Shown: positions 40,643-50,812, counted from the first letter of the stretch. The stretch is 64,000 nucleotides of DNA from Candidatus Poribacteria bacterium (GCA_965197475.1 CBDANF010000002.1:736001-800000), one strand, 5' to 3'. Notes: generated by a model from the sequence alone, not told the origin. Translations and numbers: made by a program.

Positions 40643-41428
40643 CTACCGATGCGACTTAATGCTGGCCCACGTTGTAGCGAGTTTGCCTTCCGGTTCCACT
40701 GCCAAAAGTGCACCGTTCATTACATCCATAACTTCATCTGCCGACAAAGCACGACCAAATATATAAAACTCATCTAATAGTCCTTCAAACCAGCGTCCAT
40801 TCTTATGGTGACCGATTCCCGCAGAAACACCCCAGTTGTTTGAGAGTTTTCCGGTGCCAGCAGCTGAATGGGTCTCTTCACCATCAATGTAGGTTTTTGC
40901 ATCTCCGCTTTCACTATCGTAAGTCCCTGAAAAATGAACCCATTTATTTCCTTCAATAACCGGACCTGGGTTGATATTGAAAACAGTTGTATTTGTCCCA
41001 TCTCTATGGAAGAATCTAAATCCAGCGGGTCGAATTTCAAAGTGGAAAAGACCATTCTCGTGGTCAGTGCCTATCGCATCAAGCAGCGTCTGCGGACTAC
41101 CGGAACCAGTATGATTGATCCAAACAGCAAGTGTGAACCCATCAACCGGCCCATTCTTAAATTCCGGTCCATTCATATCGATCCACGTGTCGGTTTCCAA
41201 GGCAATAGCTTGATCGTAAACCCCTTCTTCTCGATTAATATCCCCTACAATTTTACCGTGGTTACCGTAAATTGAACCATCCTTTACATTTTCACCATCT
41301 CCGTCAAAACTATAGTAAACAGAGAGTGTCGGATCACTCAGATCAGCATTAGCAGAGATCACGCCTGCTCCGATGATTACCAAAACAACGAAACATACGT
41401 GAAAAAAATTCAATAAATCAAAACGCAT
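40643..41428 (-). CDS. Secreted LamG-like jellyroll protein (tandem paralog)
   Basis: Highly similar to 39640-40422; MRFDLL start with AGGAG SD; tail AVEPEGKLATTWASIK. Confidence 0.88.
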   Translation of the reverse strand: MRFDLLNFFHVCFVVLVIIGAGVISANADLSDPTLSVYYSFDGDGENVKDGSIYGNHGKIVGDINREEGVYDQAIALETDTWIDMNGPEFKNGPVDGFTLAVWINHTGSGSPQTLLDAIGTDHENGLFHFEIRPAGFRFFHRDGTNTTVFNINPGPVIEGNKWVHFSGTYDSESGDAKTYIDGEETHSAAGTGKLSNNWGVSAGIGHHKNGRWFEGLLDEFYIFGRALSADEVMDVMNGALLAVEPEGKLATTWASIKSHR

Positions 41429-41589
41429 TTTTTTTCTCCTATATTGAAAAATAGTGATTATAGAGATACATGGGTCCTCAACACGCTTGAAAGCGAACAG
41501 AACCATAAATCTCTATTGCTTTTATCAGTATCTCATAGTAGCTGAACACATGTTTGCTTCCTGAGATAAATTTCAGATTGTAACACATA

Positions 41590-41710
41590 CAGGACTTACG
41601 CAAATTTGGATTCCGTGGCGAAATTGATCGTAAATCACCAAGAACGTGCAATGGATTTGCGCTACTACAAACCAAATAGCGCGTAAAAAGAGCAACCTGC
41701 GTAAGTCCTA
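41590..41710. repeat. ~121-bp MITE-like element, copy 2
   Basis: CAGGACTTACGCA / TGCGTAAGTCCTA; internal REP-like hairpin ending CTAC. Confidence 0.7.
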
Positions 41711-41896
41711 CAATAACATTAAGAACCCTAACGCAATGAACTGTGAGATGAAAATATTCCACTTTCTGCAAACAAAATAGCCCGCAACAAAACTCACAAT
41801 GTCCAATTGAGAGCGTGCGGGCGCGACAAAAGACTGATGGTCCGAACCGATATTCGCCTATTTGTAACTGAAATACTATTACAATCGTTAACTGTA

Positions 41897-41928
<32 letters not shown>

Positions 41929-42235
41929 CGCAAAATGAGTGATGCTGAAGGCGTGGAAGAAGTAGGAATAGACCAACTGTGGTGTTGACCTAATCTAATT
42001 GAGGACGCTTTTTCAACATTGCGGTTAGTATTAGTATTTTGCATTATCCTTTGCCATGTTTGAGCATCTGTCCCGATACCATCAAACAACAATCCCTTTA
42101 TATCTGCCTAAAATGGATAAAAAGTTTTTTTGCAGACAAGCCATGTCAAGAGTTCCATCACACTAATTTCTTGAACTTGTTTACAATTATACAAAACTTT
42201 CAAAAAAATGTCAAACATAATTTTTAAAATATATT

Positions 42236-42356
42236 ATTGATTTACGCATTCTGCTTGTTTTCAAGCGTTTCTGTGTTTGTAGTAGCACGATTTATTGCGC
42301 GTTCTTTAGAAATGCAGACTCAATTTTGCTGCCACTTCAAATTTGCGTAAGTCTTG
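42236..42356. repeat. ~121-bp MITE-like element, copy 3
   Basis: ATTGATTTACGCA / TGCGTAAGTCTTG; interior loosely reverse-complementary to copy 2. Confidence 0.65.
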
Positions 42357-42599
42357 ACATAATATCAAATATGACTTTTTTTGTCAAGATAAAATTTGCC
42401 ATTTAGTTTCCGAAAATTTAGATTTTAGACTCTCCGCTGCGAATCAACGCCAAATGCGCTTGGCAGGTAGCGACATCGTGATCCATGCAAATCCGTGATT
42501 TAGAAAACCAAGGAAGAGGCGCGTGAATTGCACGATTACAAGCGTTGTTGGGTTTCGCAAGCTCTACCCAACCTACGAACTAAAGGTGAATGGTCGGGC

Positions 42600-42902
42600 T
42601 TAGAAGGTTCCCCTCCTACAAGAGCTGTTAACTTTATCCTCCATCGTCTGAGGTCTGTCAATCCGTGTACCAAACTTGAGTGTTGTTGTAATCCGGGGTG
42701 CACCCATCTCATGCACAACCTCATGACACCGTCTAATCGCAGCGAATACAATATCCCATTCACCTTCAACATTGGTGCCGTAAGCGTGAAGTTTCGTCTT
42801 TAACCCAGCTTCTTTCAAGACATTTTCACAAGCGGTGACGTATTTTGAGACCGATACACCGACACCCATTGGAACAACACACAGATCAGTAATGACGTTC
42901 AT
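42600..42902 (-). CDS. MTH1187/YkoF-family thiamine-binding protein
   Basis: VVPMGVGVSVSKYV, LHAYGTNVEGEWD, GAPRI..GTRIDR. Confidence 0.88.
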   Translation of the reverse strand: MNVITDLCVVPMGVGVSVSKYVTACENVLKEAGLKTKLHAYGTNVEGEWDIVFAAIRRCHEVVHEMGAPRITTTLKFGTRIDRPQTMEDKVNSSCRRGTF

Positions 42903-42911
42903 TCGTCCTCC

Positions 42912-43850
42912 CTAATTGTCGCGCAATTTTTCAATAATGGCAGTGGGTAAGGGAGCTGTTCCAGAGGTGGCGACACCGTCGTCTATTTGCGCTGGTGTCA
43001 TCATACCCGGCACGACGCTACAGACTGCGGGATGTGCTAAAATAAATTTCAGAGAGGCTTGCGGTAAATTTCGCGCTTTGTTCTTGATTGTGGAGTTAAT
43101 TTCTTCCACACGTTCTAAATCGGCGAGAAATTTCTCACGGGACCATGTCTTCCGATAATCGTTTTCTGCAAATACGGTGTCTGCATTAAGTTGTCCAGAA
43201 AGTAATCCTGATGACAAAGGTTGACGTGCTACAACAGCAATACCTTTTTCCGCGGCTGTTTCCATCACAGGCTTCGCCATGCCTTGGTTTAGGATGTTGT
43301 AGGTTAGCATCAGGGAGGATATACCGGTTTCCGCTATTGCTTTAAGTGCTTGTGCTTCATTTCCGAGGCATAACCCATAAAAACGGATTTTTCCTTCGGA
43401 TTTAAGTTCTTCCATTGTCCCGAATGCTTCATCCCATGCTTCCGCGGACGGTGGCGTGTGGAATTGATAGATGTCTATCACATCCTTTTTCAATCGGGTG
43501 AGACTGCCTTCAGCCGATTGACGGATATAATCTCGCGATGCGTTGAATACAGGAACTTTTCCACCTTGACTAATCCAGCCATCGGAATCCAATTCATATC
43601 CGAGTTTCGTTGCGATGACAACCCTATCACCGAGTGCAGAAAAAGCTTCACCCAAAAGGCGTTCAGCACGTCCACCACCGTATTGGTCAGCGGTATCGTA
43701 AAAGGTGACTCCGTTTTCAAAGGCGTACCGAAGAAGATCAACAGACTCTGTTTCGCTGATATCTCCCCATTCTCGCCCGCCGAGTTCCCATGTTCCCATG
43801 CCAATTTCGGAGACGGTCAACCCTGTGTTTCCAAATTTGTGCTGTCGCAT
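42912..43850 (-). CDS. Aldo/keto reductase
   Basis: GMGTW, DTADQYG, IATK, SLTRL..DVIDIYQFH, GKIR. Confidence 0.92.
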   Translation of the reverse strand: MRQHKFGNTGLTVSEIGMGTWELGGREWGDISETESVDLLRYAFENGVTFYDTADQYGGGRAERLLGEAFSALGDRVVIATKLGYELDSDGWISQGGKVPVFNASRDYIRQSAEGSLTRLKKDVIDIYQFHTPPSAEAWDEAFGTMEELKSEGKIRFYGLCLGNEAQALKAIAETGISSLMLTYNILNQGMAKPVMETAAEKGIAVVARQPLSSGLLSGQLNADTVFAENDYRKTWSREKFLADLERVEEINSTIKNKARNLPQASLKFILAHPAVCSVVPGMMTPAQIDDGVATSGTAPLPTAIIEKLRDN

Positions 43851-44138
43851 CGTTTTCTCCCTACGCGGAATTAAAATTCACTTTACACAATTTACGTTTT
43901 TTTGTCAACAATTATTTTTGTTATTTCGTTTCAAGATAAATCGGGCTTAAAAAGCCATCCCACAAGAGACCTCCGACAAGGAAGAAACAGGAAAATTGGA
44001 TGATTTTGAAATTACACACAATTACATTGACAGATCGTCTCTGTTTCTGATAAGATATAGTCATTCAAACGCGTGAGGAGAAGTTATTTAGCACGCTTTG
44101 GAAAGACCCAACACGTTTATTAATTTTTAGGTACATAC

Positions 44139-45170
44139 ATGAAATTATTGGTCACTGGTGGTGCTGGATTTATCGGCACAAATTTTATTAGATACTGGCT
44201 CAAGGAGTATCCCAAAGATGTCGTTATTAACCTTGACCGACTGACTTATGCCGGGAATCTCTCTAACCTGACAGACGTAGTCTTAGTTTATTCAGAGCGG
44301 TATTTGTTTGCCAGAGGTGATATTCTTGATGAGGTGTTAGTTTTGGATCTTATAAAAACACATCAACCAGATGTGATTGTCAATTTTGCGGCAGAATCAC
44401 ACAATAGCCGTGCCATTCTACACCCACGCCAATTCTTTAAAACGAACGTAATCGGAACACAAGTTTTATTGGATGCTGCTCGTAAGCACGGCACACCTCG
44501 GTTTCACCATATCTCTACATGTGAGGTATACGGTGAACTGCCTTTGGATGCGCCTGATGCCTTCACTGAAACCGCGCCTTACCGACCACAGACCCCCTAC
44601 AATGCTTCAAAAGCGGCAGCAGACCATCTTGTAAACGCCTATTTTCATAGTTTTAGACTACCGATAACTATTTCTAACAGTTCCAATAATTACGGTCCCT
44701 ACCAGCATCCAGAGAAGTTGATTCCGCTTTTTACAACGAATGCTATACAGAATTTGCCTTTGACGCTTTACCGCAGCAGCCACAACCGCAGAGAATGGAT
44801 GCATGTTGATGACCACTGCCGTGCAATTGCATCGATTATCAACAACGGACAGATTGGAGAAACGTATAACATCGGCAGCGGCGTTGAGAAAAGCATTGAA
44901 GAGATCAGCGATTTTATTTTGGATGTTCTTGGTAAACCTCAACACCTGAAAGCTTATGTGCCTGACAGACCAGGGCATGATTGTCGATATCTCTTGGATT
45001 CAGAGAAAATCTATCAGGAACTTGGATGGAAACCGATAATTGAATTTGAACAAGGCATGCAGCAGACGATACAGTGGTACATCAAAAATCGGGAATGGTG
45101 GGAAAAAATTCAACAGAACGCAGAAACTGAAACAGTTCAAGAAGACAAATGGGAGACATTCGGACGGTAG
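44139..45170 (+). CDS. rfbB: dTDP-glucose 4,6-dehydratase
   Basis: VTGGAGFIG, LTYAGN, AAESH, YNASK, NNYGPYQHPEKLIP, DRPGHD. Confidence 0.88.
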   Translation: MKLLVTGGAGFIGTNFIRYWLKEYPKDVVINLDRLTYAGNLSNLTDVVLVYSERYLFARGDILDEVLVLDLIKTHQPDVIVNFAAESHNSRAILHPRQFFKTNVIGTQVLLDAARKHGTPRFHHISTCEVYGELPLDAPDAFTETAPYRPQTPYNASKAAADHLVNAYFHSFRLPITISNSSNNYGPYQHPEKLIPLFTTNAIQNLPLTLYRSSHNRREWMHVDDHCRAIASIINNGQIGETYNIGSGVEKSIEEISDFILDVLGKPQHLKAYVPDRPGHDCRYLLDSEKIYQELGWKPIIEFEQGMQQTIQWYIKNREWWEKIQQNAETETVQEDKWETFGR

Positions 45171-45250
45171 TGCCGTATGCCTCCCAAAAAGTTGCTGAAT
45201 CAATTGTGTCAATTCATTCCACAAGTGGGTTTCATTCTTGAAATACTTAT

Positions 45251-45967
45251 CTAATTACTACGGGGACACCACGCCATTACTGTGCCAAAACTGGCAAATG
45301 CACTGTTTTCGCCACTTGTTAAAATACGTGAGCCTTGCACAACAATTCTTGCATCTTTACTTGTGATTTTGTAACTGACTGGAGCATCTTTAGCAATCAA
45401 CAGTTCGCTGTTTGTGTCCTTCAGTTTATCCAATCTATAATGCACCGACCTATGTGCAGGCACATCAAATTCGCAAGAAACGTTTTCCATTGCTGTGTCC
45501 TCATAAAGCACCTCTAAGAGACAACGCGTATCTATATCTGCAGTGTTGGAAATACATATAGATTCATGCGAGAAATATCCTTCGCCGTGCTGTTCCCACT
45601 CCTGCTCTGTTGGCGTTAATGCTGCCATATAGCCATCGGGAATCACCCAGATATAAGTACCATCACCATCTGAAGCGTAGAACTTGAGCGCACCCGCTAC
45701 TGTTTCCGAATCTTCCATATCTTCTTCAAGCGAAATCACAAGAAATCGGGAATATAATTGAATTCCTTTTGAAGGATTGTGCTCTGTTAGTTGTCCTGCG
45801 ACATTCAAGCATAATCTGTTTTCATCTAACATTTCAAGATGGCTCACGCCTTGAGATGTTAGCCAATCCCCGAACTTGTCGTTGAGCAGAGTCGTTAGGG
45901 TATCAAGATTTGAGATACCCGCCTGTTTATATTCTCGAATCGTTTCGAATAATATTTCAAATGTCAT
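45251..45967 (-). CDS. Hypothetical protein
   Basis: 238-aa ORF with AAGGAG SD. Confidence 0.7.
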   Translation of the reverse strand: MTFEILFETIREYKQAGISNLDTLTTLLNDKFGDWLTSQGVSHLEMLDENRLCLNVAGQLTEHNPSKGIQLYSRFLVISLEEDMEDSETVAGALKFYASDGDGTYIWVIPDGYMAALTPTEQEWEQHGEGYFSHESICISNTADIDTRCLLEVLYEDTAMENVSCEFDVPAHRSVHYRLDKLKDTNSELLIAKDAPVSYKITSKDARIVVQGSRILTSGENSAFASFGTVMAWCPRSN

Positions 45968-45985
45968 AGATTTCTCCTTGAGTTT

Positions 45986-46330
45986 TTATACCATCCACCG
46001 TCCATCAATACCCAGCAGTGCCATTAACACCTGCAAAAGCACAACCTCTGCATCAGGTCCGATAAACTGACGGTGGGTGTCAATATAGGTGCCGTAGTCT
46101 GCTGCCCATTCACGAAAATAGGTTTCGTATTCCCATCCGTTTGCAATGCGGTGGAAACTGGAACGTTCTGGATAAGGAAGTTTTTGATTTAAGAGTGCGT
46201 GTAGTTGTTCAGAGGTCGGTAGCCATAAGTCTTCAGCGTTTTTTGTGGTGGGTTGAAGTGCTTGGATTGCAGGGTGTCGGCACATTTCAAGGTATTTTTG
46301 GGAATGGTCATGTTTTTCTGATGGGGTCAT
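45986..46330 (-). CDS. Hypothetical protein
   Basis: 114-aa ORF co-directional with neighbours; WLPTSEQL motif. Confidence 0.6.
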   Translation of the reverse strand: MTPSEKHDHSQKYLEMCRHPAIQALQPTTKNAEDLWLPTSEQLHALLNQKLPYPERSSFHRIANGWEYETYFREWAADYGTYIDTHRQFIGPDAEVVLLQVLMALLGIDGRWMV

Positions 46331-46372
46331 GGGTTGGTGGCGGCGTTAAAGGAAAATTAAAACTCGGTACTA

Positions 46373-46768
46373 TCACGTCAAAATCCATTGCTGTATGTGA
46401 TCCGCAATAGCGTCAATATCAGTTATGGAACCATCCGCGATCTTAAGACCGAGTTCAATAATTAAATCATCAATGTTGAGACGGAGGGTACAACCGTTAA
46501 ATTCTAAAAACAAAATAGCACAGTTCATACCGATACGTTTGTTTCCATCCAAAAATATATGTCCCTTGATAATGTGATGGGCATACACAGCAGCTTTTTG
46601 AAATAGGGTAGGAAACATTTCTACGCCATCAAATTTACCACCTACTGCATCAGCCAAATAGTTTAACTGGTTTTCATTCAATATCTGATAGTTGCCGACA
46701 TGTCTTTCAGCAACCTCCAGAATTTCCGCAATTGTCAAATATCTTAAATGTTGCCGAGGGTTTTCCAT
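46373..46768 (-). CDS. doc: Doc/Fic (death-on-curing) toxin
   Basis: FPTLFQKAA, HIFLDGNKRIG Doc motif, FLEFNG. Confidence 0.85.
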   Translation of the reverse strand: MENPRQHLRYLTIAEILEVAERHVGNYQILNENQLNYLADAVGGKFDGVEMFPTLFQKAAVYAHHIIKGHIFLDGNKRIGMNCAILFLEFNGCTLRLNIDDLIIELGLKIADGSITDIDAIADHIQQWILT

Positions 46769-47040
46769 GCTTGATCGTAGTGTCGTAGTAATTCGTCTAA
46801 AGCTGTGGTGATATTTATCCCAATGTCACTGGCAGTTGTCATGTCTGATTTCGCCTTTTCCTCTTCTCCAAGGTGCAACCAAGCTTTGCTGCGACAATAA
46901 TAAGCATCGGCATAATCAGATTTAAGTTCTATCGCTTTAGTATAGTCTTCAATAGCAAGGTCTATCTCACCTTTTTTGCTTTTCTCTATGCCGCTGCTAA
47001 AATACTTTTCAGCAAGCTCCTGATTTTGTCCTACCATCAT
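46744..47040 (-). CDS. Small TPR protein with antitoxin-like C-terminal helix
   Basis: AIEDYTKAIELKSDYADAYYCR TPR; ends ELLRHYDQAWKTLGNI, overlapping doc; AAGGAG SD before ATG 47040. Confidence 0.65.
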   Translation of the reverse strand: MMVGQNQELAEKYFSSGIEKSKKGEIDLAIEDYTKAIELKSDYADAYYCRSKAWLHLGEEEKAKSDMTTASDIGINITTALDELLRHYDQAWKTLGNI

Positions 47041-47264
47041 TTTCTCCTTATGGTGTTTATTGCTTGAAATAATGATAACATACAGAACGAACATATTCAA
47101 CAGAATTTTAGGAGAATTAATCCAATTAAACTTGAACCTACATGCAATCTTTTAGCAAATAAAAGTTCTTGTAAATTCTACATAACTACATTATAATTCC
47201 CGTAGATTCATTTTGAAACATTACACACCACCAATGACCTTAGCAAAATGGAAAGAAATACACA

Positions 47265-48095
47265 ATGAAATTGAGTTGTCTCCCTGTCTCTCTTTACGAC
47301 GACATCTTCACCGGAAAAAGCACTGTTGCGGATTGGATTCGATTCGCCGCAGAATTGGGTTTAGATGCAGTTGACTTTAGTATCAAATTTTTCCCACAGC
47401 GCGACGCAAAAACGGTGAACATAATACGCACTATCCTTGCAAAACGCGGTGTAGAGGCTTGTATGCTCGCCTGCTACTCCGATTTCACGCATCCCGATGC
47501 TACGCAACGCGCACATGAGTTAGCCAACCTAAAATCGGATATTGCATTGGCAAAAGCGTTAGGGGCAAAATTTGTTCGGGTGACAGCAGGGCAAAATCAT
47601 CCCGATACCAAACGCGAGGATGGGGTGCGTTGGGTTGTAAACGGATTTCGGCACGCACTTGATGAAGCAGAAAAGCAAGGTATCACACTTGCTTATGAGA
47701 ATCATACCAAAGGCGCACCGTGGCAGTATTGGGATTTTTCGCAACCGGCAGAGATTTTTTTAGAAATCCTTGACGCACTTTCGGACACGCCACTCGGAGT
47801 CTGCTTTGATACAGCGAACCCTCTTGTCCTCAAAGAAGATGTGTTGGAATTACTGGAAAAAGTTATTGATCACGTTGTCGTGCTGCATGTTTTTGACATG
47901 CGCGAGGTAGGTAAGTTTGAACCTGTGCGTGTCGGTACTGGTGCCTCACCGATTCCGCAAATCTTTTCCCACATGAGGCAAGCCAATTACGACGGTTGGC
48001 TTAGTATAGAGGAAGCCAGTCGTCAAGGACAGAGAGGGTTTGAAGAAGCAATCCAATATGTAAAACAGACGTGGCAACAAGCATCATCCGCGTGA
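47265..48095 (+). CDS. Sugar phosphate isomerase/epimerase (TIM barrel)
   Basis: VRVTAGQ, LAYENH, FDTAN, YDGWLSIEE. Confidence 0.85.
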   Translation: MKLSCLPVSLYDDIFTGKSTVADWIRFAAELGLDAVDFSIKFFPQRDAKTVNIIRTILAKRGVEACMLACYSDFTHPDATQRAHELANLKSDIALAKALGAKFVRVTAGQNHPDTKREDGVRWVVNGFRHALDEAEKQGITLAYENHTKGAPWQYWDFSQPAEIFLEILDALSDTPLGVCFDTANPLVLKEDVLELLEKVIDHVVVLHVFDMREVGKFEPVRVGTGASPIPQIFSHMRQANYDGWLSIEEASRQGQRGFEEAIQYVKQTWQQASSA

Positions 48096-48935
48096 GGGTT
48101 CACTCATCCGCTCCTGTGCTTGACGTGACAACTCCGCGAGGTGTCCATCATTCGCCATCACCTGTTCAAGGTGTATCTTCCGTTCCGGTGTGGCAGTGTT
48201 TACCATCTTCTCGCCATATTTCCGATCAATCCAGAACCGTGCCGAACCCCCGATATAAGCACGTAAAGCGTCCAACTTATCATCAGGATATCGCTGACAG
48301 AGATTCATAGTAAACATACGCCGGCGTGTGCTACCGCCAAACGCCGCATGTTTGGTGTTATGGTTAAACAGCACAAGATCGCCAGGTGTTGTTTCAAAGA
48401 CGACAGCGGGTACATCTTTTCCGTGTATTTCCCACATCTCCTGACTTCTTCCAATTTGCTGACTCAGTCCGTCTGCATAGTTGTCACCAAAGAGATGGCT
48501 ACCCGGAATAACGCGAAGCGCGCCAGTGTCCCGTGTGAGCGGATCAAGGTAAAACGCAATCTTAATGTGCATCGGATCTTCTAAGCGATGTCCACCGTCA
48601 GAATGCCATCCGGTATCGCCGACATAGAAATTGCCATCACTTCCCATATAGTTAAAATCGTCTCCGAGCAAGGTTTTGGCAATCGCCAGAATTCGCGGGT
48701 CATCCAGCAGCGATGATAACTCTTCACTCTGATCAATGAAAGGCACAATACAAGAACGCGCTGTTCCTGCGTGCGGTTTGCCATTGTGTCCACCGCCGCG
48801 TTCTGACCAAACAGTTTCAAACGCGTCTTGAATCGCTTCAATCCTATCTGCCATCAGTTGTGGAAAACTAAGATAACCGAATGTCTTGAAAAAACTAATC
48901 TCCGAATCGGTGAGGTTGAAATCGTGTTGGTTCAT
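48084..48935 (-). CDS. Phytanoyl-CoA dioxygenase (PhyH) family Fe/2OG enzyme
   Basis: FKTFGYL, WHSD, GALRVIPGSH, PGDLVLF...HA. Confidence 0.9.
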   Translation of the reverse strand: MNQHDFNLTDSEISFFKTFGYLSFPQLMADRIEAIQDAFETVWSERGGGHNGKPHAGTARSCIVPFIDQSEELSSLLDDPRILAIAKTLLGDDFNYMGSDGNFYVGDTGWHSDGGHRLEDPMHIKIAFYLDPLTRDTGALRVIPGSHLFGDNYADGLSQQIGRSQEMWEIHGKDVPAVVFETTPGDLVLFNHNTKHAAFGGSTRRRMFTMNLCQRYPDDKLDALRAYIGGSARFWIDRKYGEKMVNTATPERKIHLEQVMANDGHLAELSRQAQERMSEPSRG

Positions 48936-49009
48936 TTCACATCCTCCATTGGATACTAAGAATATCGCTATCATAACACAACTATCATTAATTTTACAAC
49001 CCTGAAAAC

Positions 49010-49037
49010 AAATAAGGCATCTGCCTCAGCAGATACC
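49010..49037 (-). terminator. Intrinsic terminator downstream of rsr
   Basis: Minus strand GGUAUCUGC-UGAG-GCAGAUGCC-UUAUUU. Confidence 0.65.
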
Positions 49038-49074
49038 CGATCCAAACCTAAAACTACGACTCACAATTGCAGTG

Positions 49075-50721
49075 CTAAATTGTTTCATCAGAAATCTCAG
49101 CATCTTTTGCGAAGTCACTGAGCAATGCAGGTGTAGCAGTATCAAACCCGACAAAATCCAGCATACCAGCATCTTTCGGATCAGCAATCGAAAAGTTGTT
49201 CGCCACCATCGCAACAACGGCACACTTTGCGGGTCTTCCCATCTCTTGCCGATACATATCCAGTGCTGTTTTCGGGTGGATATCACCATACCATGTTTCG
49301 CTATCTGTGTAGATCGTGAACATGTCTACTTCTAATTTATGTTGCATTGCGTAAAGCATGGGCAGCGCGCAATCGGTACGAGAGAACGGTAAACCAGAAA
49401 CTTTTTCAATAGCACTTGCTAAACTATCGGTTGCCGTAATAGGCACGTGTACAAAATCGCCTGAAAATCCGAAGATATGGTAACTCGGTTCCGTGCGGGC
49501 GGTTACCAGTGCCATTGCAGCAGAAGCATTACGCGGTGTAAGCCCTTCACAACCAGCAACTGTACTTCTTGTCATTGACCCGGAAACATCAAGTGCCAAA
49601 AAAGTGTTCTTTTCACTCGGTTCAACGTTATCAAACGCCATGTAAAACGCAGCGTCTAAAACATCAACAATCTGCGGAACAGGCTCCCAGCTCAAACTGC
49701 CTCTGACTCCAGTGCCTGACCTATATGTTGTTAATGCCATAAGAATCTGGATAGGATGGATCCGCGAATGCTGAATAGCATCTGCCGAGAATCTTTCCAG
49801 TACAGTCTGGACCTCCGGCACAAAAGGTTTTAGCAACCCTACCTGTGTCATCTTACCGAGGTTTCGCACCGTTGCCATCACAGGCATGTTAACTAATAAC
49901 GCTGCCCAGACATCAGGATCATCCTTCCATTCATTTGGTACCATTTCATGCGTAAATTGATATGTTTCAATTAGATTGATGACCTCCGCACGTTTCTGAG
50001 TGTTTTTCAGTTCTTCATATCCAGCAAGCAGTTCAGGCAAAGCGTCCGTTGCATCGTAAGCGGTAGAGACCTTTTCTCCTTCTTCTAAACTGCGTTGCAC
50101 AGTACGCGCTTCAGTATCAAGTCCTTTGATCCAGCGATAGATACCTCGGTTTTCACCGTAGTGGCATTTCGCGAGCACGTCAGCATGCCGCCAACTGTTC
50201 CGAGACTGATATTTCAACACTTGATACGCCAATGCGTCATCATCCTTCGTGCGATACCACTCTCCGATTAACCGCCGTAATGCCCTACCCCATCCTCGCA
50301 TACCGTCCACAAACACCACGAAATTGAACAAGTGCGTTCCGATACGCGCGACATCACAGAACACCTCCTGGACTTTTCGTCTTGTAGCAACATCTCCGTG
50401 GGTAAAAGCGAGTGCTAAAGCGTATAAAGCCGGATCATTTTTCGAGGCACGCCCAGAAACTGAAATCTCACGAATCCGTTCAACAACCTGAACACCATCC
50501 TCGGCAATGCACTGCTTAACGGAATCTACATTTTCCTTTGTCAAATCTTGCTCTTTGGCATAATAGGATCCGCCTTCGGTACCTAAAATCAGAAACCTGT
50601 CAAGGTTTGTCCAGATAGAAACAGGATAAACGTATCCGCCAGCAGAATTCTCAACCTGCTGTTCGTCCAAAGGTTGGCGTTGGTGTGGATGCAATGGGGA
50701 ATATTTACGTAAATAACTCAT
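49075..50721 (-). CDS. rsr: Ro60/Rsr TROVE-vWA RNA-binding protein
   Basis: QVENSAGGY, LDRFLILGTEGGSYY, GWGRALRR, KYQSR, RNLGKMT, ALDVSGSM (MIDAS), TDCALPM, YTDSETW, GMLDFVGFD; ATG 50721 with GGTGA SD. Confidence 0.96.
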   Translation of the reverse strand: MSYLRKYSPLHPHQRQPLDEQQVENSAGGYVYPVSIWTNLDRFLILGTEGGSYYAKEQDLTKENVDSVKQCIAEDGVQVVERIREISVSGRASKNDPALYALALAFTHGDVATRRKVQEVFCDVARIGTHLFNFVVFVDGMRGWGRALRRLIGEWYRTKDDDALAYQVLKYQSRNSWRHADVLAKCHYGENRGIYRWIKGLDTEARTVQRSLEEGEKVSTAYDATDALPELLAGYEELKNTQKRAEVINLIETYQFTHEMVPNEWKDDPDVWAALLVNMPVMATVRNLGKMTQVGLLKPFVPEVQTVLERFSADAIQHSRIHPIQILMALTTYRSGTGVRGSLSWEPVPQIVDVLDAAFYMAFDNVEPSEKNTFLALDVSGSMTRSTVAGCEGLTPRNASAAMALVTARTEPSYHIFGFSGDFVHVPITATDSLASAIEKVSGLPFSRTDCALPMLYAMQHKLEVDMFTIYTDSETWYGDIHPKTALDMYRQEMGRPAKCAVVAMVANNFSIADPKDAGMLDFVGFDTATPALLSDFAKDAEISDETI

Positions 50722-50742
50722 AATGTCACCAATTTTAATGAA

Positions 50743-50805
50743 GTGGCGGGCAAGGGGTGCATTGCGGTCACTGGGATAAAGATAACGCAATACTTCGGCC
50801 CGCAC
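50743..50805 (-). ncRNA. Short Y RNA (Ro-binding stem only), copy 2
   Basis: GCGGGC-C-GAAGUAUUGCGUUAUC...CGCAAUGCACCCCUUGCCCGC: terminal helix with bulged C plus upper helix, directly upstream of rsr. Confidence 0.78.
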
Positions 50806-50812
50806 AAAGATG

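Noticed and set aside
50722-50805. GTG-start N-terminal extension of Ro60 in the ORF track
   Set aside because: It overlaps the short Y RNA exactly. ATG 50721 has an SD and matches typical Rsr starts.
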